Counted from the stretch's first letter, positions 35,486-45,254 are shown. The stretch is 56,038 nt of DNA from Ignavibacteria bacterium (GCA_049699815.1 JBNAWO010000002.1:1-56038); one strand, 5' to 3'. Translations and numbers: made by a program. Notes: generated by a model from the sequence alone, not told the origin.

Positions 35486-38167
35486 ATGAAAAAATTACTT
35501 TTAATTTTATTCGGACTAACGGGAATAACTTTTTCGCAGATTTATAATTTTCATTATTATAATTCATCCAATGGATTGAACAATACTTCAATAAAAAACA
35601 TTACCCAGGATGAAAAAGGCTATATCTGGATTGGAACAAATTCAAGTTTATTCAGATATGATGGCTATCTATTTGAGGATATTGGTAATTGGAGTAATTC
35701 ATTAAGAACAGAAATCACCGGGATTGCAAGCTTTAAAAATCAAATCTGGATTTCGACTACTTCAAACGGAATTTTTGTTTTAAAAGGCGAGAACCAAATT
35801 CAAAGTTTAAATCAAAAACTTCAATTTCTACCGAAGAAAATTAAGAAACTAAGAAGAGATAAAGATAGACTGATTTTAATTTCAAAGGATAATGAATTTT
35901 TCTCTGTTACAAGTGATTCACAGGCTACTAAAATTTTATCTGACGCAAATTTGCCTCTAACTGAATTCAACGATATTGTTCCAATTCAAAATGGTTATGC
36001 AATAGCCTCCGATGCGGGTCTCTTAATTTTTCAATACAATAGAATTAAATATACATTCAATCAATATAAAGCAGGCAGAACTTTTCAAGCAAAAGCGGTT
36101 GCATTGGATAAGCATAATAATATTGTTTTTCTTACAAACTCTGGTGGAATTTATAAAATCGATAATTATCAACTTGTTGAGCTCCATTCGTTTAACAAAA
36201 TTTACACATCCTTCTCCTTGATTGTTGATCAAATAAATTCTATCTGGGCTGGTTTTGATGATGGAATTTTAAGAATTGAAAATTCAAAGAAAGATTATAT
36301 TGGTTTTGCAAATGGACTACCGCATCAATTTGTAACAGATATTTTTGAAGACAGAGAAGGCAATATCTGGATCGGCACACTTAATGGAATTGCTAAATTG
36401 AATTCTCTGGCAATTCAAAATTATCCATCTCTCTTTCCGAAGGTTACTTCAGCTATTCATAAAATCTTTAAAAGTAAAAATGAAATTTTAATTTTTAGCG
36501 ATGAGGGAATTTCAATATTCAATCCCTCTGGTAAATCATTCTCAAATATTCAGTTTAATTTTTCACATCAAAATAAGGTGAATGATGTTTTAGAGATTTC
36601 AAATTCAGTGAAATTAATTGGAACGAATAATGGAATTTTGGTTTTGCAAGGGAATCGAATTACTCCTTCACCTCTTAATTTGCAAATTAAAACTAGGAAA
36701 ATTTTATCGCTTGCACTGGATTCTGAAAATAAAATTTATGTTGGAACCGATTCCGGTCTTTATGTTTTTCAATCAAACAAAATCAAAGATTACTTTTCCA
36801 TTGATGATATACTCCCTGGCAATGAAGTAAATGCTCTTCACATTACTAAATCAGATGAAGTTTATATTGGAACTGATAATGGACTTGTTAAACTCTCTGA
36901 TGAATCGGTTCTTGTATTGAGAACTGGCAATGGATTGATAAATAATTATGTGACTTCGCTTTCAGAAGATGACGAAGGCAGGATCTGGATTGGGACTAAA
37001 AAAGGTCTCTCTTCTTTTAAAAATGGAAGATTTAATAATTTTACTCCAAAATTTGCTGGAGTCTCTGTAAATGAAATTGATGATGCAATCCCTGTAAGGA
37101 AAAATGAAATCTGGATGGCAACTCCAAAAGGAATTTTCATAGTTAAGAATGGAGTGCAATATTTAGTCATCAATTCAAAGGATGGAATTTTATCTGATTA
37201 CATAACTGATCTGGAATACGATCCGCAGACTGGTATTGTTTTTATTGGTACGAATTCAGGTTTATCTACAATTGAACTAAAATATCTTAAAGAAAATCAT
37301 TTCACTTATAGAATTTACTTTACTGGTTTTTCGACTAACAAAAGAACTTACAATCTCAATAAAATTGATGTCCCGGGAAATGAGCAAGAATTAAAAATCA
37401 ATGTTTCGATTTTTTCTTTCTTTGATGAGAAGAAAATAATTTATCGATATAGAATTAAAGAGATTGAAGAAAGCTGGAATTATCTCACAAATGGGAATAC
37501 AATTGTTTACAAGAACTTATCGCCCGGCAATTATACACTCGTGGTTCAAGCATCGGTTGATGGAATTAATTGGTTGCAAGACTCAGCTGAATTAAAGTTT
37601 TCGATTAAATCGAGTTTTTGGAAAAATATGATCTATGTGATCAGCGGGATTGTTGGCTTATTCTTCTTGTATTCAGTTATTTTGTTTTTTAGAAATTTAT
37701 ATAGAAAGAAAAAATCAAAACTTGAATTTCCAGAATTAGAAAGAGAAAAAATTTTATCTAATAGACCTCAACAAGTTGAAACTCAAGTTCGAAATACCCA
37801 GATTGAGATTGAAGAGATCAAAAAGCGACTTGAAGAAAAAATTGAAAACTTAAAAGCAATTATCATCGAAAAGGAAAAAGTTATTGAGCAACTCAAGATG
37901 GAAAACAAATCTTTAAAAGAAAAAATGTTTGAGCTTGATAACGCTGTTCAATTAAAAAACAGTGAAAGTGATAATGATGAATTTGTCGAAAAATCCCGAA
38001 TTGAAATAATTGTAAAAAATTCTTCCGAAGCTGAAGACATTAAAAAGTATATCGAAGCACTTGAGAAAACAAATTGGAATATCCGTGCTGCGGCAAAACT
38101 TCTAAACATTCCACATTCTACATTTCATTATAGATTAAAAAGATTAAATTTGTTGAAAAACAAATAG
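35486..38167 (+). CDS. Membrane-anchored sensor-regulator: periplasmic two-component-regulator-propeller repeats plus Y_Y_Y domain, one TM helix, a cytoplasmic coiled coil and a C-terminal Fis-type HTH
   Basis: It has a signal peptide. WIGT-type propeller blade motifs recur (GYIWIGTNSSLFRYDG, GNIWIGTLNGIAKL, GRIWIGTKKGLSSF). A Y_Y_Y-like region follows (YRYRIKEIEESWNY...GNYTLVVQA). The TM helix is MIYVISGIVGLFFLYSVILFF, followed by a heptad-rich segment. The C-terminus KTNWNIRAAAKLLNIPHSTFHYRLKRLNL is HTH_8/Fis type. No HisKA, HATPase, REC or AAA+ motifs are present. Confidence 0.75.
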   Translation: MKKLLLILFGLTGITFSQIYNFHYYNSSNGLNNTSIKNITQDEKGYIWIGTNSSLFRYDGYLFEDIGNWSNSLRTEITGIASFKNQIWISTTSNGIFVLKGENQIQSLNQKLQFLPKKIKKLRRDKDRLILISKDNEFFSVTSDSQATKILSDANLPLTEFNDIVPIQNGYAIASDAGLLIFQYNRIKYTFNQYKAGRTFQAKAVALDKHNNIVFLTNSGGIYKIDNYQLVELHSFNKIYTSFSLIVDQINSIWAGFDDGILRIENSKKDYIGFANGLPHQFVTDIFEDREGNIWIGTLNGIAKLNSLAIQNYPSLFPKVTSAIHKIFKSKNEILIFSDEGISIFNPSGKSFSNIQFNFSHQNKVNDVLEISNSVKLIGTNNGILVLQGNRITPSPLNLQIKTRKILSLALDSENKIYVGTDSGLYVFQSNKIKDYFSIDDILPGNEVNALHITKSDEVYIGTDNGLVKLSDESVLVLRTGNGLINNYVTSLSEDDEGRIWIGTKKGLSSFKNGRFNNFTPKFAGVSVNEIDDAIPVRKNEIWMATPKGIFIVKNGVQYLVINSKDGILSDYITDLEYDPQTGIVFIGTNSGLSTIELKYLKENHFTYRIYFTGFSTNKRTYNLNKIDVPGNEQELKINVSIFSFFDEKKIIYRYRIKEIEESWNYLTNGNTIVYKNLSPGNYTLVVQASVDGINWLQDSAELKFSIKSSFWKNMIYVISGIVGLFFLYSVILFFRNLYRKKKSKLEFPELEREKILSNRPQQVETQVRNTQIEIEEIKKRLEEKIENLKAIIIEKEKVIEQLKMENKSLKEKMFELDNAVQLKNSESDNDEFVEKSRIEIIVKNSSEAEDIKKYIEALEKTNWNIRAAAKLLNIPHSTFHYRLKRLNLLKNK

Positions 38168-38176
38168 GAGCATTAA

Positions 38177-38449
38177 ATGGTAGCAGTAAGACGAGTTGTT
38201 TTTTTCATTGTATCGACAATCATAATCGCATTATTTGTCAAATGGGGTTTTGATGGTTTTGAGGTTATGACAAAAATTTATCCATCTACCGAACTAATTG
38301 ATGAGGCTACAGGTAGAGTAATTGTTCAAACGGAAAGTTCATACAAATTGGGTCTCGATATGGTTTTGATAATCTCGATTGGACTTTCTGCGCTTGGATT
38401 TATAGTGATTAACTTTTTTAAAATCTGGTTTGCTTTACGAGAAGATTGA
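38177..38449 (+). CDS. Small hypothetical membrane protein (2 TM, 90 aa)
   Basis: Hydrophobic helices sit at both ends. It begins 9 nt downstream of the sensor gene, preceded by GGAG. Confidence 0.45.
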   Translation: MVAVRRVVFFIVSTIIIALFVKWGFDGFEVMTKIYPSTELIDEATGRVIVQTESSYKLGLDMVLIISIGLSALGFIVINFFKIWFALRED

Positions 38450-38452
38450 TTT

Positions 38453-39379
38453 TCATAATTCATTCATAGTTTTGAAGTGGGCTTTTACAAATTCGCTAAG
38501 TGATTCTCTTCCTAATCTTTCAATTATTTTTCGTGCTGTCTCTTTGACCACTTCATTTGCTCCTTTAGGAATTTTCATCCCGATTTTTTCTTCTGCTTTA
38601 GTAATCCATTCAAGGAAGGCATTTCTAGCAAGAATTGAGGCAGCTGCAACTCCTGTAAATCTTTCTGCTTTTGTTGTTTGAATTAATTCAATTTTTTTTC
38701 CTTCCTTCATCAATGCGTTTTTGATAAAATTTTCATTACCAAATTGATCGCAGATTGCAACTGGTACTTTGTGTTTTGATAAAATATTCTCAATGCACCG
38801 TGAATGTCCCCATGCTAAAAGAGTGTTTAAATTTCCAATCTTAGAATATAGCTCATTATATTTTTTTGGATAGATTTTAACGATTGTCAGATAGTCTGAG
38901 AATTTTTCTTTTAATGCTCTTGCAATTTCAGAAACTTTTTGGTCTGAAAGCGTTTTGCTATCCTGAACATTAAGTTGAATCAATTCTTTTTTTATCTCAG
39001 GAGTAGTGTAAAATCCTGCGATAATCAAAGGACCAAAAAAATCACCTTTGCCAGATTCATCGACGCCGATATAAAATTCAGGTTCATCAATTTTTTCTTT
39101 TTCTGAGTTAACCGGTTCATTTTCATTTATTGATGAAAAAATCATTGAATTGATTTCTTTATACAGTTTGGAATCAGGGTTGCCTTGAAGGATAATCTTG
39201 TGACCGTTTTTACCGTAAAAAACCAAAACTTTTACAACTTCATTCGGCTTTTTGATTTGAAAATTGTAGTTATAATTCCCTTTTGAAACCTCGGTTACAA
39301 GGTAATTTTCAATCTTGAATTTCTGATTTAACTCTTGTGCAATTTGATTTGCAATGAGTTCTGAGTTAGCATTTAACAT
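38453..39379 (-). CDS. rnhC: Ribonuclease HIII
   Basis: It is 308 aa. An N-terminal TBP-like DUF3378 region precedes an RNase HII/HIII catalytic core with IGVDESGKGDFFGPLIIAG. Confidence 0.85.
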   Translation of the reverse strand: MLNANSELIANQIAQELNQKFKIENYLVTEVSKGNYNYNFQIKKPNEVVKVLVFYGKNGHKIILQGNPDSKLYKEINSMIFSSINENEPVNSEKEKIDEPEFYIGVDESGKGDFFGPLIIAGFYTTPEIKKELIQLNVQDSKTLSDQKVSEIARALKEKFSDYLTIVKIYPKKYNELYSKIGNLNTLLAWGHSRCIENILSKHKVPVAICDQFGNENFIKNALMKEGKKIELIQTTKAERFTGVAAASILARNAFLEWITKAEEKIGMKIPKGANEVVKETARKIIERLGRESLSEFVKAHFKTMNEL

Positions 39380-39408
39380 ATTTGTTTCATTTTTATTTAT
39401 CTGATAAT

Positions 39409-39416
39409 CAAAATTA
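39409..39416 (-). promoter_or_regulatory. Candidate -7 box TAATTTTG (minus strand) upstream of rnhC
   Basis: The plus-strand sequence caaaatta is the reverse complement of TAATTTTG. It lies 30 nt upstream of the rnhC ATG. Confidence 0.3.
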
Positions 39417-39506
39417 AATGTTTGAAATTAAAAATAAATGAGTATGAGAATCTATAATTAATGGATCACATTTATAAATTTCATAAAAAAGCCATTATTC
39501 CTTTCA

Positions 39507-39537
39507 TTGTTTGTCAGAAATTGGGTTTCTATATTTG
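39507..39537 (+). promoter_or_regulatory. Candidate -33/-7 promoter (TTG-N20-TATATTTG) for the M16 peptidase operon
   Basis: TTG lies at 39507-39509 and TATATTTG at 39530-39537, 32 nt upstream of the TTG start at 39569. Confidence 0.4.
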
Positions 39538-39568
39538 TAAAAATTTCTGAAAAAAAATCTACATTAAA

Positions 39569-40822
39569 TTGAAATTCTACAATAAAACAACACTACAAAA
39601 CGGAATTCGTGTTTTAACCCAGCAAGTTAATTCAATAAAATCTTTTACTCTTGGAATCTGGGTTAATATAGGTTCAAGGGATGAAGAGAAAAGCTTAAAC
39701 GGGCTTTCTCACTTCATTGAGCATTGTGTTTTTAAAGGAACAACGACACGAAATGCAAAAGAAATTGCTTCAAGCATTGAAAGCCTTGGCGGGTATATCA
39801 ACGCATACACTACAAAAGAACATACCTGTTTTTATACACGAGCTCTTGTCGAGAATTTTGAAAAATCATTTGAAGTTTTAGCTGATATTGTTAAAAATCC
39901 AACTTTCCCAGAAGATGAAATTGAAAAAGAAAAATCGGTTATTCTTGAAGAAATACTTTCAATTAACGATACTCCCGATGATGTGATCTTTGATTTGATT
40001 GAAGAAAAACTTTTTGAAGGGCACGGACTTGCAAATCCTGTCATTGGCAGAGAAGAAAATCTTATTACCTTTAATTCAAACCTGGCTCGAGAATTTATAA
40101 AACAGAACTATTCAGCGGATAAGATTATTGTTTCAGTTGCGGGTCCAGTTCCGCATGAACTGGTAGTAGAAAAAACAGAACAATATCTTGGAGATTTATT
40201 GCCTAATAATTCTAAGAAAGAAAGGTCCGAGCCGTCATTAAAAAATCATAAAGTTGAAATTCAGGAGCATCGCGATATCAATCAGGTTCATATTTGCATT
40301 GCACGAAAAACTTTTGGGGTGAAAGATAAAAGAAGATCTGCGCTTGCAATTCTAAATACATTACTTGGCGGAATGACAAGTTCAAGACTTTTTCAATTAA
40401 TTAGAGAAGATGAAGCTATTGCTTATAACATTACATCATTTATCAATAATTATTTTGATGCTTCAGTGTTTGGAATTTATTTAAGTACTTCGATCAATAA
40501 TCATAAAAAAGCCATTGACTTGATTAAGAAAGAATTCGACTCCATAGTAAAAGTCGGAATTAAAGATGATGAGCTTGAAATTGCTCGTAATTATTTGAAG
40601 GGTGGAATTTCGATGTCTTTGGAAAATACTTCAGCCAAATCAACTCACCTGGCTATGAGTGAATTTTATTATGATGAAGTAAAATCAATTGAAGAAATTT
40701 TTGGTCTGATTGATAAAGTGACCAAAGACGATATTCGAAATCTTGCTGGAGAAATTTTGCAGTGGGAGGATTTTTCAATTTATCAAATAATGCCAAAGTC
40801 GGGAGGCAGAAATGGAAACTAA
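39569..40822 (+). CDS. M16-family (pitrilysin/insulinase-like) zinc peptidase
   Basis: It has the inverted zinc motif HxxEH in GLSHFIEHCVFKG and the downstream Glu region. Length is 417 aa, with a TTG start. Confidence 0.85.
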   Translation: MKFYNKTTLQNGIRVLTQQVNSIKSFTLGIWVNIGSRDEEKSLNGLSHFIEHCVFKGTTTRNAKEIASSIESLGGYINAYTTKEHTCFYTRALVENFEKSFEVLADIVKNPTFPEDEIEKEKSVILEEILSINDTPDDVIFDLIEEKLFEGHGLANPVIGREENLITFNSNLAREFIKQNYSADKIIVSVAGPVPHELVVEKTEQYLGDLLPNNSKKERSEPSLKNHKVEIQEHRDINQVHICIARKTFGVKDKRRSALAILNTLLGGMTSSRLFQLIREDEAIAYNITSFINNYFDASVFGIYLSTSINNHKKAIDLIKKEFDSIVKVGIKDDELEIARNYLKGGISMSLENTSAKSTHLAMSEFYYDEVKSIEEIFGLIDKVTKDDIRNLAGEILQWEDFSIYQIMPKSGGRNGN

Positions 40823-42023
40823 TACTATTCCAAAAATTTCTAATCGTGCTCGCTCAATGCAGGCATCTCCATTAAGAAAACTTGCATCAATTGCAGAAGA
40901 GAGAAAGAAAAATGGGATCAAGGTTTATCATTTAAATATTGGTCAACCTGATCTTCCAACAGACAAGGTTTTTTATGAACAACTATTGAAAATTCCTCAA
41001 ACAACTGTCGCTTACGCTCCATCCAATGGAATACCGCAGACTATAAAAGCCTGGAAAAAGTATTTTGAGCATGTTGGTATTAATTTCGATGAAAATGAAA
41101 TAATTGTAACTCAAGGAGGTTCCGAAGCGATAATTTTTGCAATGTGTTCTATTTGTGATGTAAACGAGGAGATAATTGTATTTGAACCATTCTATACAAA
41201 TTATAATGGTTTTGCAACCCTTGTTGATGTTAAACTTGTTCCAATTCCCCTTTCAATTAAAAATGGATTTCATCTGCCTCCAGAAGAAGAAATTGAGAAA
41301 TATATAACTCCACGAACAAGAGGAATTTTGATTACTAATCCGTCAAATCCAACAGGAACGGTTTATTCAAAAGAAGAATTGCAACGATTGGTTAATCTTG
41401 TTCAAAAACATAATTTGTTTCTTTTAAGTGATGAAGTTTATCGAGAGTTTGTTTACGAAGGTACATTTGTTAGCGTGATGGATTTTCCCGAGATAAGTAA
41501 ACAAACAATTTTGCTCGATAGTGCATCGAAAAGATTTAATTTATGTGGAGCAAGAATTGGAGTTTTAGCAAGTCATAATGAAGAAGTTGTACAATCGGCT
41601 TTCAAATTTGGTATGGCGAGACTTTCAGTTGCAACACTTGAGCAGCTTGCAATTATTCCAATGCTCGAAGATCCTTTTAGATTTACAACTCCGATTGTAG
41701 AAGAATTTAGAAAAAGAAGAGATGTGGTTCACGAAACTCTTTCTGAGATCAAAGGAGTAACTTATTATAAACCTGAAGGTGCTTTTTATATTGTGATTGG
41801 TTTGCCGGTTAATGATTCTGAACATTTTGCTCGTTGGTTAATTGAAGAATTTGATTACAATAAAGAAACGGTTTTGCTCGCACCAGCTCAGGGTTTTTAT
41901 GCAACAGCTGGAAAAGGGACAAATGAAGTTCGACTTGCCTTTATGTTAAATGTAGATGATATGAAAAGATCATTGAAAATTATTTCTGTTGCACTTGAAG
42001 AATATTTAAAGAAATTTAATTAA
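40812..42023 (+). CDS. Class I/II pyridoxal-phosphate aminotransferase (aspartate aminotransferase-like)
   Basis: The motifs Y.P.NG, NPSNPTG and SASKRFNLCGARIG (PLP lysine) are present. It overlaps the M16 gene by 11 nt. Confidence 0.85.
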   Translation: METNTIPKISNRARSMQASPLRKLASIAEERKKNGIKVYHLNIGQPDLPTDKVFYEQLLKIPQTTVAYAPSNGIPQTIKAWKKYFEHVGINFDENEIIVTQGGSEAIIFAMCSICDVNEEIIVFEPFYTNYNGFATLVDVKLVPIPLSIKNGFHLPPEEEIEKYITPRTRGILITNPSNPTGTVYSKEELQRLVNLVQKHNLFLLSDEVYREFVYEGTFVSVMDFPEISKQTILLDSASKRFNLCGARIGVLASHNEEVVQSAFKFGMARLSVATLEQLAIIPMLEDPFRFTTPIVEEFRKRRDVVHETLSEIKGVTYYKPEGAFYIVIGLPVNDSEHFARWLIEEFDYNKETVLLAPAQGFYATAGKGTNEVRLAFMLNVDDMKRSLKIISVALEEYLKKFN

Positions 42024-42039
42024 AAATAATGGGTTGAAA

Positions 42040-43728
42040 ATGCCAAAAATTACAATTGATGGAATTCAGTACGATTTTAATCCTGGCGAAACAATAATTC
42101 AGATTGCTCAGAGAAATGGGATTGAAATCCCGCATTACTGCTGGCATCCAAGGCTTTCTGTTTCTGGAAACTGCCGAATGTGCCTTGTTGAAGTTGAAAA
42201 AATGCCCAAGCTCGTTATAGCCTGTGCAACTCAAGCAATGGATGGAATGATAGTTCACACCAAATCTGAAAAAGCTATCAAGGGTCGTGAGCATGTGATG
42301 GAATTTCTTTTGATCAATCATCCACTTGATTGCCCAATTTGTGATGAGGCTGGTGAATGTAAACTTCAAGAATATGCTTATGAACACGGGACTGGTGTAA
42401 GCAGATTTATTGAAGAAAAAAATCATAAACCAAAAAGAGTGAAACTTGGTCCTTATGTAATGTTTGATGCAGAAAGATGTATTTCTTGCTCTCGATGCAT
42501 AAGGTTTTCAAAAGAAATTGCAAAAGCTGATCAATTAACTTTTGTTCAGAGAGGCGATAGAGTTACAATTGAAACTTTCCCAGGAAAGAAATTCGATAAT
42601 CCTTATTCATTAAATGTTGTTGATATATGTCCAGTCGGAGCTTTGACAAATATTGACTTTCGCTTCAAAGCTCGAGTCTGGGAAATGTCGTCAACTAAAA
42701 GTATTTGTATTGGTTGTGCTCGGGGTTGCAACATTGAAATCTGGGTGCGCAATAATGAAATTCTAAGACTTACACCAAGATTTAATGAACAGGTTAACGA
42801 TTACTGGATGTGCGATTATGGAAGAATAAATACATTCAAATTTGTAAATTCAGATGATAGAATTGATGGTCCATTCATTAAGAAAAGTGGTGAACTAGTT
42901 TCGGTTAGTTGGGATGAATCAGTAAGTAAAACAACTTCAGAGTTGAAGAGATTCAAATCAAACGAAATTGCAGTAGTTGCTTCACCATTTGCAACGCTTG
43001 AAGATAACTATGCGCTTTTAAAATTTTCTCGACAAATTCTAAAATCAAACCAAATCTTTTTCATTCCACATATTCAACCTGGTGACCAAGATGATATTTT
43101 AATTAGAGAAGATAAAACTCCAAACTCAACAGGCTTAAAACTCTTAGGAATTAACGAAACGATAAATGATTTAAGTCTTGATACATTGGCTGAAAAAATC
43201 AATGCAAAATCAATTAAATGTCTTGTTGTGGTTGAAGATGACCCAATCGCAGTAAAGCCAGAATTGAAGAATGCATTTCAGAATCTTGAATGTCTCGTTG
43301 TCTTTGCAACAAATAAAAATCAGACTACACAATTTGCCGATATCTTATTCCCTGCTGCAACTTATGCTGAGAAGAATGGTGTGTTTGTGAACTTTCAAGG
43401 ATTTGTCCAGAGAATACGGCCTGCTGTTGCAACTATTGATATTGACAGAAGTTTGGATGGACTTGCTCAAAGTCGCTGGGATAAGTTTGGAACACCATTC
43501 GATAAATGGGCAAGAGGAAGAAAAATTAACGCACGTTCATCCTGGAAAATTATCTCCCAAATTGCAAATGCGATGGGCGGAAAGTTTGATTATGATACAT
43601 CGGAGGATGTGTTTATTGAAATTGGTCAGTCTATTCGTGAGCTTGCAAATCTTGACTATGAAACGATTGGAGATACAGGATATAAAATTAATTCAACAAA
43701 ATTAACCGAAGAAAAAATACTGGTTTGA
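42040..43728 (+). CDS. nuoG: NADH-quinone oxidoreductase subunit G-like Fe-S protein (short form)
   Basis: The 2Fe-2S region is CWHPRLSVSGNCRMCLVEV. The His/Cys cluster is HPLDCPICDEAGECKLQ. The 4Fe-4S motifs are CISCSRCIRF and CPVGAL, followed by a molybdopterin-oxidoreductase-like domain. I preferred the ATG at 42040 (MPKITIDG) over the TTG at 42034. Confidence 0.8.
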   Translation: MPKITIDGIQYDFNPGETIIQIAQRNGIEIPHYCWHPRLSVSGNCRMCLVEVEKMPKLVIACATQAMDGMIVHTKSEKAIKGREHVMEFLLINHPLDCPICDEAGECKLQEYAYEHGTGVSRFIEEKNHKPKRVKLGPYVMFDAERCISCSRCIRFSKEIAKADQLTFVQRGDRVTIETFPGKKFDNPYSLNVVDICPVGALTNIDFRFKARVWEMSSTKSICIGCARGCNIEIWVRNNEILRLTPRFNEQVNDYWMCDYGRINTFKFVNSDDRIDGPFIKKSGELVSVSWDESVSKTTSELKRFKSNEIAVVASPFATLEDNYALLKFSRQILKSNQIFFIPHIQPGDQDDILIREDKTPNSTGLKLLGINETINDLSLDTLAEKINAKSIKCLVVVEDDPIAVKPELKNAFQNLECLVVFATNKNQTTQFADILFPAATYAEKNGVFVNFQGFVQRIRPAVATIDIDRSLDGLAQSRWDKFGTPFDKWARGRKINARSSWKIISQIANAMGGKFDYDTSEDVFIEIGQSIRELANLDYETIGDTGYKINSTKLTEEKILV

Positions 43729-43730
43729 TT

Positions 43731-44750
43731 ATGGTTATACTAATCCCACTTGCAAAAATTGCAATTGCTATTTCGATTTTACTCTTCGTTGTAACTTATC
43801 TTGTTTACTTCGAAAGAAAGATTAGTGCATGGATTCAGGATAGAATTGGTCCTAATCGAGTTGGTCCATATGGATTGCTTCAATCTCCGGCTGATGTTCT
43901 GAAACTATTTTTTAAGGAGGATATTGTTCCACTTGCTGCAACAAAATTTGTTCATTCCCTTGCACCTGTAATTTCATTAACAATTGCAATGTCCACTTAT
44001 GCCGTGATTCCATTTGGACCAGATATTAATTTATTTGGACAAAAAGTAAAATTAATTGTGGCAGATGTAGATATTGGCGTTCTTTTCATCTTAGCCTTTA
44101 CTTCAATTGGAGTATATGGAATTACCCTGAGCGGTTGGGGTTCGAATAACAAATATTCGTTGCTTGGGGGACTTCGTTCAAGTGCACAGATGATCAGCTA
44201 TGAACTTTCGATGGGAATTTCTGTTGTTGGGGTTTTGATGGTAACAGGTTCATTGAGAATTTATGATATAATTAACCATCAACAGGGCTGGATGTGGAAT
44301 GCATTTATTCAACCAATAGGATTTATAACTTTTGTAGTTGCAGCTTTTGCAGAAACAAATCGATTACCGTTTGATTTACCTGAAGCTGAACCTGAACTTG
44401 TTGGTGGCTATCACACAGAATATAGCAGTCTAAAATTTGCAATGTTCTTTTTAGCGGAATATGCAAATATGATAGTTGCAAGTTTATTGATCGCAGCTTT
44501 GTATTTAGGTGGCTGGCATTTACCTTTTGTTGATACTTCTTCTTTAAGTGAAGGATGGCTCCCTTTAATTTCTATTGGAATTTATCTTGCTAAAGTTTGT
44601 TTCTTGTTATTCTTTTTTATCTGGGTTCGTTGGTCAATTCCAAGATTTAGATACGACCAATTAATGAATCTCGGATGGAAAGTAATGTTGCCCCTTTCTC
44701 TTGTTAATTTAGTCTGGGTTGCAATTCTTGTTTATTTCTTTAAAATTTAA
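43731..44750 (+). CDS. nuoH: NADH-quinone oxidoreductase subunit H
   Basis: The motifs YFERKISAWIQDRIGPNRVGPYGLLQSPADVLKL and ETNRLPFDLPEAEPELVGGYHTEYS are present. The start could instead be the TTG at 43725. Confidence 0.9.
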   Translation: MVILIPLAKIAIAISILLFVVTYLVYFERKISAWIQDRIGPNRVGPYGLLQSPADVLKLFFKEDIVPLAATKFVHSLAPVISLTIAMSTYAVIPFGPDINLFGQKVKLIVADVDIGVLFILAFTSIGVYGITLSGWGSNNKYSLLGGLRSSAQMISYELSMGISVVGVLMVTGSLRIYDIINHQQGWMWNAFIQPIGFITFVVAAFAETNRLPFDLPEAEPELVGGYHTEYSSLKFAMFFLAEYANMIVASLLIAALYLGGWHLPFVDTSSLSEGWLPLISIGIYLAKVCFLLFFFIWVRWSIPRFRYDQLMNLGWKVMLPLSLVNLVWVAILVYFFKI

Positions 44751-44762
44751 GTGAGGAATACG

Positions 44763-45254
44763 ATGGCAGTTAAGAAAAGAAAAAAAGATTTAAATTTTTT
44801 TGAAAGAATTTACATTGTTGAAATTCTTAAAGGAATGATGCTTACATTAAAGCACCTTTTCAAACCAAAATTCACTCGACAATATCCTGAAGAAAAATAT
44901 GTTCAACCGCCATCGTATCGTGGAAGACCTGTGCTCGTGATGGATAACGGCAAAGAAAGATGTGTGGCGTGTGGTTTGTGTTCAAGAGTTTGTCCCGCTC
45001 TTGCAATTCAAGTTCAAGCTGCAGAAACTTTAGATGAAAAAGAAAGATATCCCGCTTTATTTGAAATCAATATGCTTCGATGTATATTCTGCGGCTTCTG
45101 TGAAGAAGTCTGCCCTGAAGAAGCTATTGTGATGAGTAAAGATTACGAACTTGTATTTACTAAATACGAAGATGCAATTTTCGGGAAAGATAAATTGCTT
45201 GTTCCTGTTGAGCAATTAAAAGATAGGATTGAATTCATACGACAGCAACGCTAA
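44763..45254 (+). CDS. nuoI: NADH-quinone oxidoreductase subunit I (2x[4Fe-4S])
   Basis: The cluster motifs are CVACGLCSRVCP and CIFCGFCEEVCP. I preferred the ATG at 44763, which has GAGGAA upstream, over the GTG at 44751. Confidence 0.9.
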   Translation: MAVKKRKKDLNFFERIYIVEILKGMMLTLKHLFKPKFTRQYPEEKYVQPPSYRGRPVLVMDNGKERCVACGLCSRVCPALAIQVQAAETLDEKERYPALFEINMLRCIFCGFCEEVCPEEAIVMSKDYELVFTKYEDAIFGKDKLLVPVEQLKDRIEFIRQQR

